Below, one piece after another: positions 58,955 through 64,000 of a stretch of 64,000 bases of DNA. The position numbers and the translations under genes are program-made. Origin of the DNA: Terriglobales bacterium (GTDB taxonomy: Bacteria; Acidobacteriota; Terriglobia; Terriglobales; Acidobacteriaceae); the NCBI GenBank assembly GCA_030038475.1, contig JASHOU010000185.1, positions 4,540 through 68,539 of the forward strand. Direction: 5' to 3'. Under the pieces are notes generated by a model. That model worked only from the letters and a program-made list of their open reading frames with translations. It searched no databases and was not told the origin of the DNA. Each line of letters starts with the position of its first letter. Positions within the stretch are counted from its first letter, which is position 1.

Positions 58955-59311
58955 ATGGTTGCGGCACAAACCGCAAAATCTCTGGAGCGGGTAGCGAAAG
59001 TGGCTGACATGCTCTCGGCCATGGGTTCGGAACCGCGGCTCCGGATCATGCAGCTTTTGCTGTCGGCTCATCCTGATGGCCTCGTCGTCACTGAGATTCA
59101 GGAAGATCTGGACATTCCAAACTCCACCCTGTCTCATCATCTGGAAAAACTTAAAGTCGAAGATCTTGTCCGCGTTCGTCGCGAGAGCACATTCCTGAGA
59201 TATACCGCCAACACGGAAGCGCTTCAGGAATTGCTTCAATTCCTCTACGCCGAATGCTGTACGCGAAGCAAGGCTATCAAGCCCGAACAAATCGTTCGAC
59301 TGTGCAACTAG
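58955..59311 (+). CDS. arsR: ArsR/SmtB-family metalloregulator
   Basis: LSAMGSEPRLRIMQLL...V.EI.E.LDIPNSTLSHHLEKLKVEDLV wHTH, plus the C-terminal Cys pair ECC. It heads the ars cluster. Confidence 0.85.
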   Translation: MVAAQTAKSLERVAKVADMLSAMGSEPRLRIMQLLLSAHPDGLVVTEIQEDLDIPNSTLSHHLEKLKVEDLVRVRRESTFLRYTANTEALQELLQFLYAECCTRSKAIKPEQIVRLCN

Positions 59312-59320
59312 GGAGGCATC

Positions 59321-60148
59321 ATGAGCACGGCAAACATCAAGGAAGTAGTCAAAGAAAAGTACGGACAGGCCGCGCTTCGCGTGAAGACCGGCGGGAGTTC
59401 CTGCTGTGGAGCTGCGGCGGGCAGCGGCTGTGCCGACCCCATTACCTCCAATCTCTACGACAACTCGCAAGCGCAGCAGATTCCCGAAGAAGCCCTGCTC
59501 GCTTCGTTCGGCTGCGGCAATCCCACGGCTCTGGCGCAGCTGAATCCCGGTGAAACTGTGCTCGATCTCGGCTCTGGTGGCGGCATTGACGTTTTGCTTT
59601 CGGCAAAACGAGTCGGCCCCGCGGGTAAAGCCTATGGTCTTGATATGACCGATGAGATGCTCGCGCTGGCCAATGAAAACAAGCGCAAGGCGGGAGTCGA
59701 GAATGTCGAGTTCCTGCAGGGTGAAATCGAGCACATCCCGCTGCCCGACGATTCCGTAGATGTCATCATCTCCAATTGCGTCATCAACCTTTCAGCCGAC
59801 AAAGACCGGGTTTTGAGGGAAGCATTTCGAGTCTTGAAGGCTGGCGGACGTTTCGCTGTGTCCGATGTTGTGACCTGCGGCACGGTGCCGGCTGAGATTC
59901 GTAAAAGCGTGCTGCTCTGGGTTGGCTGCGTTGCCGGCGCTCTTGAAGAGAACGAGTACCGTTCCAAGCTCGCGTCTGCTGGTTTCGAAAAAATCGAGAT
60001 CGAGCCAACCAGAATTTATCGCATCGAAGACGCCCGCGAGTTCCTTTGCGGCCAGAACATCGACGTAGATACGATTGCACCGCAGGTGGATGGCAAGTTC
60101 ATGAGCGCCTTCGTGCGCGCCGTGAAGCCGCAGCAGAGTGAGCCCTGA
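59321..60148 (+). CDS. arsM: Arsenite S-adenosylmethionine methyltransferase
   Basis: KEKYGQAAL...SSCCG...FGCGNP, SAM motif [12 protein letters not shown], and the conserved Cys residues (CC near the N-terminus, C in VGCVAGA). Confidence 0.85.
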   Translation: MSTANIKEVVKEKYGQAALRVKTGGSSCCGAAAGSGCADPITSNLYDNSQAQQIPEEALLASFGCGNPTALAQLNPGETVLDLGSGGGIDVLLSAKRVGPAGKAYGLDMTDEMLALANENKRKAGVENVEFLQGEIEHIPLPDDSVDVIISNCVINLSADKDRVLREAFRVLKAGGRFAVSDVVTCGTVPAEIRKSVLLWVGCVAGALEENEYRSKLASAGFEKIEIEPTRIYRIEDAREFLCGQNIDVDTIAPQVDGKFMSAFVRAVKPQQSEP

Positions 60149-60685
60149 TTGAGCTCACCTGCTGCTAGTGAGAACAAAGTGCCACAACACTACAACGTTT
60201 TGTTCCTATGCACCGGGAATTCGGCTCGATCGATCATGGCCGAGGCCGTCATGAATTACAAAGGTCGGCCGACGTTTACAGCTTACAGCGCCGGAAGCCA
60301 TCCGTCGGGCGAAGTTCGACCGGAGGCGATCGCGGAGCTGAAGAACGCCCACTTGCCCACGGACGGTCTCCGAAGCAAGAGTTGGGACGAGTTCGCAAGA
60401 GCTGATGCCCCCAAGATCGATTTCGTCTTTACCGTCTGTGATAACGCTGCAAAGGAAACGTGCCCGATCTGGCCGGGTCAGCCTCTGACGGCTCATTGGG
60501 GAGTTCCCGACCCGGCTGCGGTTCGCGGTACGCGAGAAGAAATCAAGCGTGCGTACCGTGAGGCCTTTCTGACTCTGGAACGCCGCATCGATCTATTCCT
60601 TGCCCTGCCCCTCGCAACCATCGACAAGCTTGCAATCAAGAACGAGATCGACAGGATCGGCCGTCACAAGATCGGCAATCAATGA
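60149..60685 (+). CDS. arsC: Arsenate reductase, LMW-PTPase (thioredoxin-coupled) type
   Basis: P-loop LFLCTGNSARSIMAEA plus the downstream Cys (TVCDNAAKETCP). The track start is a TTG directly after the arsM stop. The in-frame GTG at 60179 is an alternative. Confidence 0.85.
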   Translation: MSSPAASENKVPQHYNVLFLCTGNSARSIMAEAVMNYKGRPTFTAYSAGSHPSGEVRPEAIAELKNAHLPTDGLRSKSWDEFARADAPKIDFVFTVCDNAAKETCPIWPGQPLTAHWGVPDPAAVRGTREEIKRAYREAFLTLERRIDLFLALPLATIDKLAIKNEIDRIGRHKIGNQ

Positions 60686-60723
60686 ATCGAAGATCAATGG
60701 ATCGGCCATCAGTGAAATTCAAT

Positions 60724-61545
60724 ATGCGTGCCAGACTCACTGCGGAGTTTCTAGGGAGCGCGTTCCTCGTTGCCACTGTGATCGGGTCCGGCATCATGGG
60801 GGAACGGCTCGCGGGTGGAAACGTCGCTATTACTCTGCTTGCGAACACGATCGCCACCGGCGCGGCTTTGGTCGCTCTCATTCTGACGTTTGGGCCGATC
60901 TCCGGGGCACACTTGAACCCAGCGGTCACGCTCGCCGATGCAATGGAGCACGGCATTCCGTGGCCGCAAGCGGCGGCGTACATACTTGTGCAGTGTGCTG
61001 GGGGTGTTGCCGGAGCGATCGTTGCAAACCTCATGTTCGAATTGCGCTGGTGTTCGATCTCGACGCATCCTCGACACGGGTGGCCGCTGGTTCTCAGCGA
61101 GTTCGTAGCAACATTTGGACTTCTATCGGTAATCTGGGGATGTTCGCGACTGCGTTCAGGCGCGGTGCCATTTGCCGTTGCGGCCTATATCACCGCCGCT
61201 TATTGGTTCACTGCGTCAACTTCGTTTGCAAATCCGGCGGTAACGATTGCCCGCTCCTTGTCTGACACCTTTGCCGGGATTCAACCCTCCGACGTTCCCC
61301 TCTTCATCGTGGCACAAATATCGGGAGCGCTGGCCGCAACCTTTTTTGTTTCGGTGGCTTGTCCCGAATCTTTCAACGCACGCGGACCAGGTATTGGTGC
61401 CGCATCCTCGCTAGATCACAGAAAACGAATGTGGCGTCCGGAAGTGCGCTCGACTTATCCGCGCAGAAAACAACAGCCCACGGTCAAGGTTCGGTGTTCA
61501 AGCATCGATCTTCCGAACAATGACGGTGGGCGCGAGTTTCTCTAA
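60724..61545 (+). CDS. MIP/aquaporin-family channel (ars-linked, aqpS-like); 3' end probably frameshifted in a T6 run
   Basis: Two NPA boxes (HLNPAVT, FANPAVT). After the T6 run at 61342-61347 the in-frame tail looks non-protein-like. The +1 frame reads FLFRWLVPNLSTHADQVLVPHPR* and stops at 61412-61414. Confidence 0.75.
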   Translation: MRARLTAEFLGSAFLVATVIGSGIMGERLAGGNVAITLLANTIATGAALVALILTFGPISGAHLNPAVTLADAMEHGIPWPQAAAYILVQCAGGVAGAIVANLMFELRWCSISTHPRHGWPLVLSEFVATFGLLSVIWGCSRLRSGAVPFAVAAYITAAYWFTASTSFANPAVTIARSLSDTFAGIQPSDVPLFIVAQISGALAATFFVSVACPESFNARGPGIGAASSLDHRKRMWRPEVRSTYPRRKQQPTVKVRCSSIDLPNNDGGREFL

Positions 61546-61611
61546 CTCTCCAACCAACTAGAGACGGAGCAAGCCCAGTCCTTTACGCAGCGGCGCCGCT
61601 AACCAGCCGCT

Positions 61612-61863
61612 CTACGGCCAGCGTTTGGCTGCATCCTCCCATCCGGCAACGCGCGCCGGCGCACCGGCTGCCTGGGCCGCGACCACCGGAGGAATCCTCA
61701 CCGGCTGCGGCGGCGGAGCGGCTAGACTCGGCTTGGGAGCTTCGGCGATCTGCTCTTTCTCGTCCGAAAGCAGCGGAGCGGCAACGCGCAGCGCTTCGAC
61801 TTCTTTTTCCAGCCGCGTCAGTTCCAGTTCTTTTTGCCGTAAAACCTCATACACATTTTTCAT
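61612..61863 (-). CDS. Small coiled-coil / Pro-rich hypothetical protein
   Basis: MKNVYEVLRQKELELTRLEKEVEALRVAAPLL followed by a Pro/Ala-rich tail. It lies downstream of and co-directional with the GAF protein. Confidence 0.5.
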   Translation of the reverse strand: MKNVYEVLRQKELELTRLEKEVEALRVAAPLLSDEKEQIAEAPKPSLAAPPPQPVRIPPVVAAQAAGAPARVAGWEDAAKRWP

Positions 61864-62010
61864 GCTTGGGCACCTGTGTCCTGTAGCAAGCGATAACAAC
61901 CGATTAAGCGCAGAGTATGGTTCTTACGGCCATTTGTCAAGGAAAACGGCTCTCCGCGTGCACGGATGGTTATTTGCCACGCGGCCTATGCGGATAACAT
62001 CTCGACTAAC

Positions 62011-63288
62011 TCAACGGAAGACCACCACGGCGACCAGAATGCCGACGATCAAAACCAGGAACGCGAGAAGATTGACGTGGTTCGCCAGCCAGGATTCCTC
62101 AACCGGCGGGGAGTTCGCGAGGAAAGCGGGCAGAAATTCCTCCTGCTGCGCCGGCGCTAAGGCATCTTCCGCCGCGCAGGAGGGTGTATCCTGCGCCTCG
62201 CCTTGCACCTCGTCCCGAATGACCTCTTGCTCTCCACCTTGCATTTCGGTCGGCTGCGGTTTGGCCGAAGCTTGGGCTTTCTGTTTCTCCTCGAAAGCTT
62301 TCTTCTCGCGCTCTTTTCTTTCTCGATCCAGTCGTTCGCGATCGAGTCGTTCGCAATCGAGGCACAGCGTTCTCGCTTCCGATACCGGGAATCCACACGA
62401 CGCGCATTTTTTCACGCGCAGCATTGCCTCGGGAATGGGCACGACCGCCGACGCTTCGATTGGAGGCGGCGTTGGCTTTGGACCGAGGGTTGGTACCGGC
62501 TCGGGTACCGGATCTCGCAACGGCGGCCGCGGCGGAATTTCAGGCGGTTCGACGTGCGGCAACTCTGGCTTTGACGTCTCTTTTTCTCTTAAAGATGGCG
62601 GCAGCATTGATGGCGGATTAAGAGTGTCCGGGCCGCTCACCGCGTGTGGCGGAATATGGAGCGGATTGCTTGCCGGGTTCGCGGCATCTTGTTTTGGCGC
62701 AGTCGTCGTACCGGATTTTTCACGCTGCTCGGCCAAATCGAGCGCGGTTGAGGTGAGCGCAGCCATCCGTTCGAGTGCAATCAGATCGCGCTCTTCAAAA
62801 GCGTAAGGATGATCGGAGAAAAGTTCGAACAGGCCGCGAACTTCGCCGTTGCGCCGCAGCAGCGGCAAAACCACAATCGAGGCGATGCCGAGCGCGCGGC
62901 AGGCTTCCAGATTCACGCGTGGATCGGCTTCCGCGTTGTCGCAGCGCAGCAACTGCCGGCGGGCGATGCTTTCGCCGGTCAATCCGGAGCGAACCTGCAG
63001 GCTTGCGCCCACCGCCGGCGCGGAAGAACCGGCGCTGGCGCGGCAAACCATCTCCTCGCCCTGCGGCAGAGCCAGCGCGGTTCCGGTGGCTCCGGTGATA
63101 TATTGCGCGCGCTCGACTAACAATTGCAGGGCCGAGTCGAGTTCGGTTTCATCGAGCGCGTGGCCGCCCTGGAGTCTGTTGTTGATTGCGCTTTCGGGGG
63201 TGCGATCCGCCGGCCCGACCGCGTTCTCGGCGGCGCTCCCAGCATCAGCGGCTGGGAGTTGTTCTTCGGGTTGGGCGGACCCGTGCAT
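62011..63288 (-). CDS. GAF-domain protein with Pro-rich linker, zinc ribbon, charged coiled coil and C-terminal TM anchor
   Basis: GAF core LVERAQYITGATGTALAL...CRASAG...GIASIVVLPLLRRNGEVRGLFELFS. Zinc ribbon CASCGFPV....CLDC. C-terminal TM LLAFLVLIVGILVAVVVF. Confidence 0.75.
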   Translation of the reverse strand: MHGSAQPEEQLPAADAGSAAENAVGPADRTPESAINNRLQGGHALDETELDSALQLLVERAQYITGATGTALALPQGEEMVCRASAGSSAPAVGASLQVRSGLTGESIARRQLLRCDNAEADPRVNLEACRALGIASIVVLPLLRRNGEVRGLFELFSDHPYAFEERDLIALERMAALTSTALDLAEQREKSGTTTAPKQDAANPASNPLHIPPHAVSGPDTLNPPSMLPPSLREKETSKPELPHVEPPEIPPRPPLRDPVPEPVPTLGPKPTPPPIEASAVVPIPEAMLRVKKCASCGFPVSEARTLCLDCERLDRERLDRERKEREKKAFEEKQKAQASAKPQPTEMQGGEQEVIRDEVQGEAQDTPSCAAEDALAPAQQEEFLPAFLANSPPVEESWLANHVNLLAFLVLIVGILVAVVVFR

Positions 63289-63429
63289 GAATCAGATAAA
63301 CAGCAAGGCGAGCATTGGCGATTGCAACGCTATAAGTCGCGCCGAAGGGCCTTAACCCGAGTCTGGCCTTGAACAGTTGGGGCTGTCAAGGGGCGCACAA
63401 CCTTGCGCCCGAAGATCTTCCTGCTCATT

Positions 63430-63457
63430 AGCTTACCTTCAGCTTACCTTCGTAAGC
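63430..63457 (+). repeat. Tandem 11-mer (AGCTTACCTTC x2) closing into a GCTTAC-CTTC-GTAAGC hairpin
   Basis: Direct reading. It is intergenic, between the GAF gene and the last partial ORF. Confidence 0.6.
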
Positions 63458-63540
63458 CGAACGCGGACTTTTGCAGTGAGTCGCGCGGTTGATTCTAAGA
63501 GAATCGACTTCGGTGCATTCTCGTCCATGGGTGAGGGCTC

Positions 63541-64000
63541 ATGAAAATGTTTCGGCTACAGCCTGGGTGTCTTGCGACCCGCATTCTGACCTTATTCGCG
63601 CTGATCTTATCGGTCGTTTTCGCTTCCGGGCAGGATTCCGGACAGAGCCTGGGCGATGTCGCCCGCAGGCTTCGCAAAGACACCAGCAACGAAGTCAAAA
63701 TGACGGATGCAGACACAAAGAAGCTATTCGACTCCGTCGACACGATCTTTGCCTTCGCCGCTGAGGACACGGGTATGACGAAGCGCGCCGTGGTGAAGCG
63801 CCGCCTGGTGGGCAAGGACGATGTGGAGAAGTATGTCAATGGACGCCTGGCCAAGGAAGAATACACGCAGCGCTTCCAGCAGGAAGAGCTGAGCATGAAG
63901 AAAATCGGGTTTTTGCCTCGGGATTTCAATCTGAAGGAATTCTTGGTCAGGGCCAACGGCCAGGAAATCGCCGGCTACTATGACGACGAAACCAAGACCA
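63541..64000 (+). CDS. Hypothetical secreted protein (partial; continues beyond the window)
   Basis: My translation from ATG 63541 is open to the window end: MKMFRLQPGCLATRILTLFALILSVVFASGQDSGQSLGDVARRLRKD...EFLVRANGQEIAGYYDDETKT. It has a signal peptide and protein-like composition. It is absent from the track because no stop lies in the window. Confidence 0.6.
   Translation, partial: MKMFRLQPGCLATRILTLFALILSVVFASGQDSGQSLGDVARRLRKDTSNEVKMTDADTKKLFDSVDTIFAFAAEDTGMTKRAVVKRRLVGKDDVEKYVNGRLAKEEYTQRFQQEELSMKKIGFLPRDFNLKEFLVRANGQEIAGYYDDETKT

Noticed and set aside
31314-62806. Other long shadow ORFs: 31314-32348, 41464-42660, 50529-51731, 56730-57977, 58886-59734 and 61625-62806
   Set aside because: Each is antisense or off-frame to a gene with clear family motifs (SPFH, hybrid kinase, TBDR, sucA, arsR/arsM, GAF protein). 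Each also has a skewed Arg/Gly/Ser composition.
63495-63956. 153-aa minus-strand ORF at the right edge
   Set aside because: The + strand frame from ATG 63541 is open to the window end. It has a signal peptide and far more protein-like composition, while the minus ORF is Ser/Arg/Phe-rich.

Overview
This is a GC-rich (roughly 60% by eye), densely coded bacterial chromosomal segment. I call about 61 protein genes. I found no rRNA, tRNA, CRISPR array, transposase or integrase.

The protein repertoire suggests Acidobacteriota, but that is inference only. It includes a CarboxypepD_reg-type TonB-dependent receptor, a choice-of-anchor-D Ig-repeat protein, an MXKDX-type Lys-rich repeat protein, a WG-repeat protein and sigma-54 two-component systems.

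**Housekeeping genes**
- hemE (partial), gatC-gatA, cysS, pgsA, recX
- DUF1385-prfA-prmC, sucA, htpX, a MoxR ATPase
- ccmF-ccmH and a Lig1-type ATP-dependent DNA ligase

**Accessory or regulatory modules**
- a higBA toxin-antitoxin pair wedged into the ccm-linked cluster
- arsR-arsM-arsC plus an aquaporin, whose 3' end looks frameshifted in a T6 run
- a type III PKS with an FAD oxidoreductase
- blaI, a sensor-less blaR1 and a TonB-dependent receptor
- a four-gene operon: unknown secreted protein, orphan solute-binding protein, histidine kinase and NtrC-type regulator
- a PilZ protein next to a hybrid kinase
- a Moco oxidoreductase with cytochrome b
- a bacterial SET-domain protein

**Most unusual signal**
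The most unusual signal I can see directly is non-coding.
- Intergenic spacers are repeatedly built from tandem 7-8-nt arrays (GTTCTCA/TGAGAAC plus locus-specific units). They form long multi-register hairpins, and the purine-rich arm abuts the downstream start codon.
- One such hairpin appears to have been split by a low-GC single-gene insertion.
- Two further small-hairpin repeat families sit in frame inside conserved genes (ccmH, fmdE-like, prmC).

All functional calls come from motif recognition by eye. No database search was run.
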